Part shown: positions 49,638-60,708 of the stretch, in pieces
Layout: every line of letters begins with the position of its first letter
Position numbering within the stretch: the first letter of the stretch is position 1
Source: Blastocladiella emersonii ATCC 22665
Taxonomy: Eukaryota > Fungi > Blastocladiomycota
DNA: 64,000 nucleotides
NCBI GenBank assembly: GCA_025594325.1
Contig: JANHCV010000003.1
Location: 62,001-126,000 of the forward strand
Direction of reading: 5' to 3'
Position numbers and translations under genes: made by a program
The notes under the pieces: model-generated
What the model saw: the letters and a program-made list of their open reading frames with translations, nothing else
What the model was told of the DNA's origin: nothing
Database searches by the model: none

Positions 49638-50041
49638 ACCTAGCCGTCTCCGTTTTGCCTTTAATTCAGTGCTTCGTTTGAGAAGCGCGATGCTCTGTTT
49701 GCCTCGACGTGAGGAAAGGGAAAAGTTGCGGAGTGGAGCGAGTTTGGCGCAACGCGTCTCGCACCGCAAACGTGATTCCTTGACGCGTCTCCCACCCTAC
49801 TACTTCGCGTTCAGGCGGCCGAAAATCGCTCGATTATGCTTCCCCCTCGCGATTAAATGTATAGTGGAGTGGCCACGAAAAAAAAAAACTGCGATAGGCA
49901 GAGTTGTGGACGGCTGCCAGGATAATCCACGCGGTTGGCTGCCTGCATGTGAATGAACGAATTGAAGCAAAAAATCTATGGTTTTACATGCGTTGGTAGG
50001 GCGGTGAGGAAGCAGGAGGGAGAGAGCGCGAGCTCTGCTCA

Positions 50042-50600
50042 TCATGTCCGCGCGGGAACGCGAGTTTGGGTGACGGCACGCACCGCGCGTGCCGATGAAC
50101 GTCGCGTCCGACCCAAGCGCCAGAGGAGAACGATGTAATCTCGGACGAGTTCGGCGTTGCTGCTGAGAGTCAGCGCACCGAGTCCGGTGGGGAAGCGACT
50201 TGTCAAAGCAGTGGCGCCACGGTCGCCGATCTGGCACTCGTCCAACAGCAGGATGTGAAGCGAAGCGGGAAGATGCTTGATGACAGCAGTCGCGCCGTCA
50301 TCACCGAGCGAGCTGCCGTTCAGTTTGAGCGACGTCAAAGTCGCGGGGAGACAGCGCGCAGCTCGCGCAGCTCGTCGCGCGGAAACCCCGCATCCCGAGA
50401 GCATGAGATTCGAAAGCCGTGCAGCGGGCTGGAACAGCGCGACCTCGGGGACCTGCAGCGCTTTCGCGCTCACGGGCTGGCCGCGGACGACGAGCTTGGG
50501 CGCCACGCCGTTCGCGATCCCCGTGCGCTTGTCAAGAATGACAATGTCCCCGGCGGCCTGAGGTTTGAGGAACAGGCCCTGCACGCACGGGTCTCGAGCC
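50042..50600 (-). pseudogene. RNI-like leucine-rich-repeat fragment
   Basis: LSNLMLSGCGVS / LTSLKLNGSSLGDDGATAVIKHLP / LHILLLDECQIGDRGATALTSRFP / LGALTLSSN. Confidence 0.65.
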
Positions 50601-51377
50601 ACTGCACAAGGCACTGGTGCTGGTTCTTGGTCTGCCACGCCACGTACACGACCGGGTACACGTCAAGCGGGTTGTCCTTAGTGCGGCCGTGCGCGAACAC
50701 GACCAGGTACACGTCAAGCGGGTTGTCCTTGGTGCGGCCGTGAGCAGCCGCCCGCCGTACGGCTGCTGCGACTGCGCGCCAAACACGTCCAATTTTCAGC
50801 CAGCCAACAGCGAGTCAATCCACGCCGTGCCGCCCTTGCGCCAGGAAGCGGCTGCGTCGTTGGCCGTGGTCGCAGCAGCGGGAGGACCGTCGGCGCGGTA
50901 CTGGGCCTCGCGCGGGGGGTTCCCGTTGATGTACTCGTGCAGGTCCGTGAACAGCGCGATCATGGCCGGGTTGGCGAGCTTGTTACCGAGCGCCTGTACG
51001 CGCTTGCCGACGCCAGCCACGTCGCCAAGGTTGATGCGCACCACGGGCGAGCCGTCCTTTTTGTTGCCCAAGCCAAGGAAGAGCAGCGCGAGCCGTGTGG
51101 TCGGGTTGACGTAGTCAACGAAGACGCGCAGCGGAACGCGGTCCATGAGCGTGGCCTGCGATGCGTCCAGCGGCACCTCGTTGGACGCGCCAAAGCACAC
51201 GTGCAGCGGCGTGTCGACCATGGTGGATCCGTTGGCGATGCGGTACTCGTTGAGAATGGTGATGAGGGACGGCAGCGTCGCCTTGGATGCCTGAAAGATC
51301 TCGTCGAGGAAGGCGAGCTCCGCGTTGGCGAGCAGCCCGCCGAGGTTTTTGTTCCTCATTTTTGCACCACTGCTCAT
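50600..51377 (-). pseudogene. RavA/MoxR-type AAA+ ATPase, C-terminal half (Walker B onward), frameshifted
   Basis: LANAELAFLDEIFQAS..TL..LITILNEYRIANG...PLHVCFGASNEVP...LMDRVPLRVFVDYV. After a frameshift comes RVWRAVAAAVRRAAAHGR..NPLDVY.V..AW, resembling the RavA lid (RRWKKA..LLQASA..GR..V.P.DL.L...LW). No Walker A is found. Confidence 0.7.
50647..50742. repeat. 51-bp in-frame tandem duplication
   Basis: cacgacc(g/a)ggtacacgtcaagcgggttgtcctt(a/g)gtgcggccgtg x2, encoding HGRTKDNPLDVY twice on the minus strand. Confidence 0.95.
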
Positions 51378-51546
51378 TCAAAAAGTATAGACGTGCATTT
51401 TCTGCAAACCAATCTCTGCCACCTTGATTGATCGCTAAGTGCCACGACGCGGTGCATTCGCTGAGCAGGACAACAACGAAAGGCATTGTATCAACAAAAC
51501 AAAATATATAGCAAAGAAATCGAACAAATGATCACGCAAAACACCA

Positions 51547-54500
51547 TCAACGCTGCTCCTTGAGCCCCATCTGCTGCATGAGCGAGGTCGTCAGATCGAC
51601 TTTCGTCAACAAACTTCCATATCCCGAGTTCGGGTAGAGCGGGAGGAGGAGGGCGCGCTTGAATGCGACGTTCGCCTCGAGCAACGCGAGCAGCGTCGCC
51701 TTGACGGCCGAGTCGAGTTCACGACGAGCAAGATCTGCTGCGCCAAAAGCCACGGCGGCAGCAGGGCCAGCGGGCACGGAGCAGCAGTAGTCGAGATACT
51801 CGCGCACCGCTCCCTCAGCGCCGTTGGGAGGCATGGCAATGAAAGTGAGCTCGTGTCCAGAAAACGACCAATGCGATGGGCCCTGGAACTCGGGCGGGAT
51901 GATCAAGATATCGCCCTCGAGCGATGGTGTCGGCCCAAACGCCCTGTCGTGCGGCGGAAGAACGCGAAGCGCGCGTGGGAAGATGGCGGCAATGGTCCGG
52001 CGCGAAGGCTGAAGTCTGATGAGAAAGCATGATTTTGAACTTTCCAGCGTCGTCCCGAGGAAGCTAGTAATCAACAATTTGAGGTGAAGTGTGTGCCATT
52101 GCGACGGGGGTTGGTCCGGCTGCGGCTCGGGCGTGACACAGACCGCACCCTCCGCCTCCGACATGAACATGTCCAGATGGGAGTCCATTGCGGCCTGCAC
52201 CTGCATCGGCGGCGGCGGCGCGAGGAGCATCAAGCTGTCCAAGGCTGCGATGCGAGGAACGAGTGCAGAAACGCCACACGTAGGTGAAACCGCGCAGAGA
52301 GCGTTTATGCATACCACGCTTGCAGTGCGCTGCTTCCTGTTGATTTCAATCGACGCGACCACGCCGATGAACGGGAGCGGAATCGCCTGGGGCACTCCGT
52401 TGAGATAGAAAGCGGCCTGGCCGCGGAAGGCGGTCAAGTTGGGAGTGGGTACCGCGGCGAGCACGGGGAGGCGGCCACTACGAGGCAGGTCAAGGATAAT
52501 CTTGGATCCAGTCATGCCATACTCGGTGATGCTGACGATCGGAAGCGAACAATCGACACGCGGACGCGGCGTCGCGGCGGCGGAAGCGAGAGCACCGCGG
52601 ATAGGGCCAAGGTAGCTGTCGACCACGACCTTGGTCAGTATCACGAGATCGTCGCCTGCTTCCATGGTATAGGCGATCGGCAGCCAAAGTATGGCGTCAT
52701 CGGGACCATTCCGCGCGCTTCCCTCGTCAAGGGTGCGGTTGGCGTAAAGGATGAAGGCCGTCTTCTTACCGTCCTCGGCAAAGGCTTGCGGAATATGCGT
52801 TGAAACGGTAACGAAGTTGGAGTTGGGTCCGCGAGTTGCGTGCAGGCAATAAAACTCGTGTAGCTTCGCGTCGGAGCCCCGCTCAACGACGAGAAGAAGC
52901 GACTCCAAGGGTGTGTGTTCGAAGTTGTTGTAAAGACCGAACGTGATCTCGGCGCGATACACGTAATCGTCCACGCCGGCGGCCGCGCGCACAGGAACTT
53001 TGGATTTCGGCCGGGGAGACTTTTCAGCGACCGGCTTTCGGGCGCGAGCAGTTGCGCGACCAGCAACGGGTTTGGGGAGCGAGTCGCTCGGGAAGCCGTA
53101 CAGCTGGGCCAGCACCCCAATCTCGGTCCATTTCATGTGGAGCAGCTCGCGGGCATCGCGGAAGAACTCGCCAAGGATAAAAGGAAGTGGGAGCTTCAGC
53201 GACGAAGGCGTGACGGTCGGCGTCGCAGGTCCCGTGAGGCGGCCCGCGGCCTGGGCGTACGCCATCGCAATGACGAGGTGGGCGGGGGTAGGGAGTGCAG
53301 CGACTAAATATTTCGGGAGCGAATTAGTCGTCAACATCAATCCATACGCGCGCGCGGTTGGCCGGAGAAGGCCGTGTGCGTACCCGGAAGTTCCGTGCAC
53401 TCGGGCGTCCACAGTGCGTGCAAGTTCATCTCATGGCCCAGCACATTCTGGTAGCCGGAATCGAAACTATCCTCGATTACCATCGGCAGTGCGGGGGGAG
53501 GGGTCTTCACGAATGTGAAATTCAGGTAGATCGGGACACCGGCATCTGCAAGCTGGGGGTCGTAATACGCAAATGGCCGAATTTGGGCCTGCCAGTCTTG
53601 CCCGCCAGGCGAATCAAGCAGGTTGATTCCAAACATGGTCGGAAGCATACCGAGTGGAACAAGCAGGAGCCGTTGAATATGATCGATCGTGGATGTCTCG
53701 TCCTGCTCAAGCTTGCGCGAGTTGGCGCGCAGAAGCGAGCAGTCGGAAGCGCTCGCCGAGTTGGGCTTGAGAAGAACCGCGCCGTGGACCACGAGATTGA
53801 ACAGGCCGCAGGTATCGAGAAGCGACGAGGTGTCGACCACGTCGAATCGGCGCTCGGGATCGGCGACCAGACGTTCGAGCAGCAGGACCGCGTCGTCGAC
53901 GGCAAAAGTGATCGTGTGGCGCGGCTCGTCCGCTGGACGATCGTTGCTGAAAGCATCGCGGAGCGCAGTAAGCCATTCGCAGACCTGCTCGAACATGACA
54001 CGCTCCATGTCCACGCTCAAGTCAGCGGGAATGAAGAAACCCGTCAAAAGCGTCGGAAGCGGGTCGATGAGCGGCATGGTAGTTCCATCGGCGCGAACGC
54101 CGTAAAACGTCATGTTGATCGCAAGCTCGTCAAGCGGGACGTCCTTGCGATCGTCTTCGTCGGCCGCGCCAACAAAGAATGCACGTTTGTCGAGGTGGCG
54201 GTCAATGGTGGTGCGCAGTCGGGCCTCGCCAGCAGCGCGAAGTTTACGCTCTTGACCCCAAAGTACGGAAGCAGCGGCGGCGGAGCGTCGAAGTTTGGTG
54301 TTGCCTCGGGACTGAAGCTCGCCGTCAGCTTGTTCGCTGTCGGCCGGCAACAGCTTGAATACAAAGCGAAGCCAAGCGTCCCAACAGTGCCGCACTGCCT
54401 GGAGTGTTGCGCGGTCCAGGACGCAAACTGGCGAAGCCGTGTCGAGCCAGTCGTGGTCGACACAACGAGACATCTGCAAGATCCAGTAAAGATGCGCCTC

Positions 54501-54884
54501 CGGCTTTAAATGCGCGGAAAACCAAAGCTGCGCGACGAACGAAAAGTCGACGTCGGGGTCGGTGCGGAGAGCGTGCAGGATCAAGAGCGAGCGGGCGACA
54601 AGCTCGGGGCGAGCATCGTTGAGTGTGAACGTCATGGTCGCGACCGAGCCCTTGCGCTGGGCATCGGCCAGCGTCTGTGCGACGGCGCGCAGGTCGTGGA
54701 ACCCGCAGAGCACGGCATCGAGGTGGCGGCCCGGCTCGCTGGAATCATGGTAGATAAAGACGTCGCCGGCATAAGTGCTGCGGAACGGGTCGAGCGGCAC
54801 GTCGTCGTCCTTTCCAGCGAGCCGGACGAGACACCCCGGGCGAGGCCGTGGCAGCATAGTAGCATCAGGTGGTTGAATATTCAT
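51547..54884 (-). CDS. DUF4470-domain protein (~1,085 aa), intron 53304-53383
   Basis: N-terminal LDAVLCGFHDLRAVAQTL...FTLNDARPELVARSLLIL...VAQLWFSAHL matches the DUF4470 pattern. CCG G|GTACGC...GACTAAT...TTAG|TC joins the two long ORFs in frame. Confidence 0.78.
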
Positions 54885-55088
54885 GTTTGCATGGAGTTAT
54901 TTCATGGGTCTACGAGGCTTCATGGTACGAGGGGAGAGATGATGCTTCTCGTCCGAGACTCGAGCTGAAGCAGCCCCCCTGGCTGAAGAGCCAACGAAAG
55001 CCGAGCGTCACCTGACGCGGATCGGTTTTCACTACACGCCTGATTCTCACGCTCTCGCTCTTTTGCCTTGCGACGGCAACCGACTACC

Positions 55089-56234
55089 ATGAAGCAAAAT
55101 CATGAAGACTTGATGCAATCGAAGCAGCGCGCACTTCCGCGTCTCCCACTTGAACTCATCGAGTCGATTCTCATGCTCGCGCTCGAAGTCGCCACCCGCA
55201 ACCGCGTGTACAACCGGGTCCAACGTCTCCTTCACGTCGTACCCGGCCTCTTACGCATGCGAAATTTCCTAATCCGCAGCCCACGGAGCAAATCGCTTTG
55301 GCTTGCTGCCCTGAGCCCCGAACGCAATGCACTTCGCAACGGGATCCTCAAGCAGCTTGTGCGGCCGCCCGCCGCGACCGACGTCGACCTCTTTGTTCTT
55401 TTTGCCAAGCTCGCATCGCTGGCCGACCGACCCGACCTACTTGACAAATGGCGCGATGCCGCGGGCGACACGGATGCCATATTTAGCGTTTGTGGGTCCC
55501 ATCAAGAGGCCTTTCAGCTCGCACTTGTAGCCGGGAGCGTGCACGCGCTCAAGTGGTGGCGTGATGCGAGACTTGCGATCGACTACGACATGGCGTTCCA
55601 CATAGCGCATGACTGCGACGCGTCCCTTGTCTGGGTCGCCCACAACAACTACAACTCCCCGGCCGATGAATCCGAGTTCAGTGGCAATTCTCCGCTCAAG
55701 CTGATCGACGTGGCTATTGATGCTGGCTTCGTGGACGTCCTCGACCATCTTCCGCTCGAGGGATCTGGTCTCGATGATGCGTGGGCCCTAGACGTCGATT
55801 GGAAACGGGCCATCAAAGTATCAATTAGCCTGGGGCATCAGGCAACGCTCACATGGATGGCGGGGCGTCCTGACGCCTTCTATGCTGCCCGAGACCCAGC
55901 GGGCACCATCAGCTTTGGCGACACCCCCACTGTCACGCCGTTCGAGGATCTCGCAGCCGATTCGGTGTCGCTGCTTGACCTGGCCACGCAAGAGCACAAC
56001 GTCTCGTGCCTCAACTGGTTTTTGGACGAGCGACGCCGTCGGGAGCAATTGAACATTGAGCCGCTCCCGGGCACCCTCAAATTTAACATGAACCTCATCC
56101 TCGAGGCCGCGCGCTCGGGCCACACCATGACTGCCCACCTTTGGTGCCGCTCGGGCCTGCTGAATTGCGAGCAGACGGCGCAGGTCGAGGCGGAGGTTGC
56201 CCGCGTGCGGGAGCGCTTCAGACGCATCTTGTAA
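55089..56234 (+). CDS. F-box-like + degenerate ankyrin-repeat protein (intact copy)
   Basis: LPRLPLELIESIL; LALVAGSVHALKWW; DVAIDAGFVDVLDHL; DLATQEHNVSCLNWF; EAARSGHTMTAHLW. Confidence 0.75.
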   Translation: MKQNHEDLMQSKQRALPRLPLELIESILMLALEVATRNRVYNRVQRLLHVVPGLLRMRNFLIRSPRSKSLWLAALSPERNALRNGILKQLVRPPAATDVDLFVLFAKLASLADRPDLLDKWRDAAGDTDAIFSVCGSHQEAFQLALVAGSVHALKWWRDARLAIDYDMAFHIAHDCDASLVWVAHNNYNSPADESEFSGNSPLKLIDVAIDAGFVDVLDHLPLEGSGLDDAWALDVDWKRAIKVSISLGHQATLTWMAGRPDAFYAARDPAGTISFGDTPTVTPFEDLAADSVSLLDLATQEHNVSCLNWFLDERRRREQLNIEPLPGTLKFNMNLILEAARSGHTMTAHLWCRSGLLNCEQTAQVEAEVARVRERFRRIL

Positions 56235-56432
56235 ATTGAAGTCTAATTTTGCTTAATTCAGGCCATTTCATCTCGATCCTTGACGTCGAGCGCGCCCGGC
56301 GCAGGCATGAGTGGAGACAAGTGGTTCATGCGCACGAGGCGCCACACGGGGCGTGTTTCACTTGTGGCGACAAGGCCGCCGGCGCCCCCAGTGCTTGCTC
56401 TCTCCCTTGCATGTCAACGCCAACCGTTTACC

Positions 56433-57663
56433 ATGAAGCAAACTCAAAATGACTTGATGCAATCGGCTCAGCGCCCGCTTCCGCGACTTCCTCGCGAAAT
56501 TGTTGAGAGGATTCTCATGCTCGGCCTATTCGACTGCGATTGCGAATCCACCAGCTCTTGCGAAGACGTGTTGCACCTACTACAAGTTGTACCTTGGCTC
56601 TCAGGCGTACGCCAACTTCTTCTCCAGGACCCGCGCGGCGAGGCCATTCGAGACGCTGCGCTGCCTCCTGCAAACGAGGAGCTCCGCGACCTGCTCTTGA
56701 AGCGGTTCGGGAAACCTCCGGCCATGGCCGACTTTGCGGCCTCGGATCTTTCCGTCAAGCTCGCCTCGATCGCCGGCTACACCGACCTGCTCAGCAGCTG
56801 GTACCGCCGGGGATCCAACTTTCGCATGGGCGGAACGTCCGCGGATGCCTTTGATCTCGCAGTCGCCGCTGGCCAAGCCGATTCACTCGGGCGGTGGGCT
56901 TCTCGAATGCTTGACGTCAACTATTCCCTCGCATTCGACATTGCCGTCGATAACAATCGCGGTTCATCCATCGCTTGGGTCATGGACAGCTACGACGCCG
57001 GCAGCAACAACGAGTTCGAAAATTACAACAGCGATGACGATTGCGATGACGATGATTTTGACGGACCGATATCAAGGGAAACCAAGCGTAAACGGTTTAT
57101 TCGTGCCAAGTCAGACGGTCTCGCTCAAGATGCTGTTGAGCGCGGCCTCGTGAACGTCCTTGACTGCCTTCCTCTTGACGACATCGATTGCTTTGCCGAC
57201 TGGGCGCACGAGATTGACTGGGAGCAGGTCGTCTCCAACGAGATCAAGCTCGATCGGTCCCACCTGCTCCAGTAGATGGCCGGCCCTCCTCGCGCATTCT
57301 ACGGTCGACGCAACGAGGTGGGCGACTTTGCCAAGACACGCAATATTACTATTACGCCCTTCAGTGACCTGGAGGCCAAGAATACCTCGTTACTTGATCT
57401 GGCCACTGAGCACGGTGCGATCGGCTGTCTCAAGTGGCTCGAAGAACATCAGCAGTGGCAAATGCGCCGCGGCGAGAACTCGCCACTCCCCGGCTCCACC
57501 AGCTTTGACATCCAGCCCATTACCAGGCCGCGCTAGCCGGGCATGTCGAGATCATGGATTGGTGGGTGAACTCGGGCCGACTCAGCGACAAGCAGATTGA
57601 AGGTGCATTGATACGCTCAAGGCCACGTCCGGTGACATGCCTGAGCTGAGCCATATCGAATAA
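56433..57663 (+). pseudogene. Tandem paralog of 55089-56234 with a nonsense codon and a frameshift
   Basis: LPRLPREIVERIL start. TAG ATG GCC at 57273 aligns to TGG ATG GCG (W) in the paralog. A 1-nt shift near 57525 restores AALAGHVEIMDWWVNSG. Confidence 0.8.
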
Positions 57664-57973
57664 GTCAAGTTGAGCTCGCGCTAAATGTAATCTGATCTCA
57701 CATTTACACGAACGCCCCCGCGAAGCTAGAGTAACCATTGCAGGGTCGGAACAGATTCTAAAGGCGTGTCGCATAACCTTACGATGCAGCGCATCCTTTC
57801 TGCAACAAGCAAGGCCGCCGCGGAAGCGTCAAACAATCACGTGTTGATTGTATCACGCGCGAGACAAGCACTCGGGTCGACTGAAACTCCACCCGAGCAC
57901 TCGCAGCCAGATACTCGAAGGCAAGGTCTGAGTTCATGTTCGCTCAGTTTTACGCGTCTCACAAAGCAATTAT

Positions 57974-58500
57974 TCATGAACGGTTTGCGCTCAACTGACG
58001 CGGCGCGTCGCCCGACCAGCAATAAGAATCAGAGCGACTTGTGAACGGGCCAAGCATGTCCGCGGTGAGCAAACCTGACGTCCGCCACCAGTCGAACGTC
58101 GCGAGGTGCCGTCCTTTTTTGGCATAGCAGTTGCCCTTGATCGAAAAGTTCAGCGGAGATCCCGAGGCGACCCATAGGTCAAGCACACGCGTTGTCCCGC
58201 GCTCGCTCGCCTCGTCCATTGACAAAAGGGGGGACCGCTTCAGAATCGCGCGGTGCACCTGGAAGATGTAGCGCATTGGTAGGACGCGTGCGTACTGAGC
58301 GAGACCGCAGGCAGCTTTTGGGTCGTCGTGCAAGCAGGCGGTAAAGAGCAAAATTTCTTTGACGAAAGGACTCAGTGCGGCGTTCCGGCGCGTGTTCGAG
58401 CTGCCCCAAAGTGAGCGTCGAGACGCTCATCACGATATGCTTCGGCAGTTGACTTGAGAGCAAATTGGGCGACGCGACAAGAAACGGAAAGCGAACTTGG
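57974..58500 (-). pseudogene. F-box-like/ankyrin remnant
   Basis: LLSSQLPKHIVMSV, then (frameshifted) MDEASERGTTRVLDLWVASG and AKKGRHLATFDWWRTSGL. Confidence 0.6.
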
Positions 58501-60708
58501 TGATTTTGTCGGGACCGGGACAAAGTGACAACGAACAAGAGCAGGTGGTACACCACGGCAGGGCCTGAACAGGTTCTACCGGGCGGGGTTCGAATCCCCG
58601 CATGCACAATCATTTCGGTCGGACTGGGCTAGCCGCCAGTCTGTAGGGTGCAGGCTTGCACCGACCTCTTGACATGCGGGCGAACCTGAGGTGTGGCACA
58701 TGGGACCCCGGCGTCAGGCGCTCTCCGGGGTGCTGGCCGGCTACGATGGACGCTGCCTCGGGATGACCGTGCCGTGGGCGGATCAAGCAGTGTTGCTCGA
58801 CAGAAGTGTCGCTGGCAACCCCGCCCTTGAATCGTGTCGGACCGCGTGAGACCGGATTAATGGAGCAACGAGAAGAACCAGCGGTGCGTGGCATGGAGAT
58901 TACAGCTCCTAGCCGGGCGCCGGGGTCCTGTCGCACCAAAAAGTCGGTTCCACCGCATGTTGTTTTGCTGCTGGTTACTTTTATTTCTCAGTCAGCAACG
59001 TCGCCGCGTCGTGCCCTCCGCGTTCGCATTCGAACCAACACCGTCTCGCACCCAAACTTTGCAACGTGATCGCGAAGCAGAGCGCATGTGCAGCTCACCT
59101 CGCATCACATTCCTCATCACGAAGGCAGGTGCAGCAACCATGTTCGTTTGGGCGCGTAAAATCCGTTCTATACAGACGAAAGTCTCGAAGCAGAGCGACC
59201 TTCGCTGCGGACACTTATTTCTTGGCGAGGTTCACTCACGAGCACCGTCACATTGCTGCGGCCCCGCTCGAGTGCGAAGTTTCGCGCGCCTGGGTGAACA
59301 GGGATCAGATCGCGCGCAAACAGGTGAGAGACTCGCGGAACACCTGGTGCGGAGTGATCCATAAAAGCACAAGGAGGGCGGAAGCGCCAACAGGTGCACA
59401 CGATGCCGAAGTAGGTCACGAAATAAAGAATGTGTCATTCGAGAGGTTTCTCGAGTCGCGCGCTGTGTGCGAGAAGAAACGGCGGCGCGTTCCCGCCTAC
59501 GATCACGCCGTGGCGCAACGCGTCGACTCTGAGCACCTTGCGCGACGCCGATGAACAGCGAAAACGGCAAACCCGGTAAATACACTCTCGACTCGCAATC
59601 GCGCGCATCTAATCGTTCGGTGCTTCATTGAGCATCCTGGGAATCGGTGATCAAGCAAACGCGCCACGGTACACGCTTCAATCGGAGGCCGTACAATTGA
59701 GCAGTCCGTCGAGACACATCGTTCGCTCCAGAAAAACAGCATCAGAGTTTATGGATCCCGACAAACCATCAACACAAGCCAGCAACCACGAAGCCCAAGG
59801 TCGAGCGATCCGTGACCGCGCACACGCACCCTGATGCTGACAACCTCGTCAAAGCATTCCGTCGCTTGTCGAAACCCCGCGGTCGCCCCCACTCTCGCGG
59901 CTGCGTTAACAGGGACAGGACGCGCACAAGCAGGCAGTAGATTCGAGGGCCATCGCGGTGCGAGGAGAAATTGACGGAAGTACAACGAGAAGCGGTGCCG
60001 ACGCGTGTGCGCGATCACGAACCGGATTGAAGGATGGACTCGGTGACCGTGGAACGTGATTTGACGACGAACGAAAGCTTTACCAGCAAACGTCCTCGAC
60101 ATGCGCCAGCCGTGGCCAGTTTAGCTAGTTGTGCTTGATCTGGATTGCTGGTTACGATGCCATGCACACAAGAGACTGCTTGATCAGGCCGAATGCGAGA
60201 TGTAGAACAGTCAGCTTCCCATTGGGTCCGGCGTCCCGCTGCACGGTCGTTGAGAACAGGGCAGCCGCAGTCGGCCTGGTCAAAGCAGCGGGTGCTTCTC
60301 ACCGCTAGACATGTGGTAGTAGTGCAGGGCGAGAAGCGTCTTTGCGCAAATGAGAGGTTGGACGCGCTGGCACGGAAGCGCCTCAACCGACTCGGACATT
60401 CAAGCGTAAGAGGTGCGCGCAGCCGTATTCTCAAGATGCTCTGGCCCAGTATAAAACGATGCGCCAAGTCTATGTTTCATTCGTTGCATTGGTGGGGAGT
60501 AACGATGTGGGATGAGGAGCGCGAGTTGTCGCGCTGGACCAGCCAGGATGACTTGTCGCCGCGTTGCTCTCGTGTGACGCTTCTCGCCACACCGCCTGCC
60601 TGGAGTGCAGCCTTTCCTCTCTAATGCAGGGATCTAAGCAAGAAGTGTGTCGTATTGACATGGTTTAGAGTCTTCCCTTCTCATGGGCCGCGGTCATTCC
60701 CGCCGCGT

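Noticed and set aside
58582-58600. Perfect tRNA T-arm-like hairpin CGGGG-TTCGAAT-CCCCG
   Set aside because: No matching acceptor, D or anticodon arms could be folded. At most an isolated B-box.
58600-60600. Lower-GC block with protein-like broken frames, possibly a DUF4470 relic
   Set aside because: Similarity was too weak to assign by eye.
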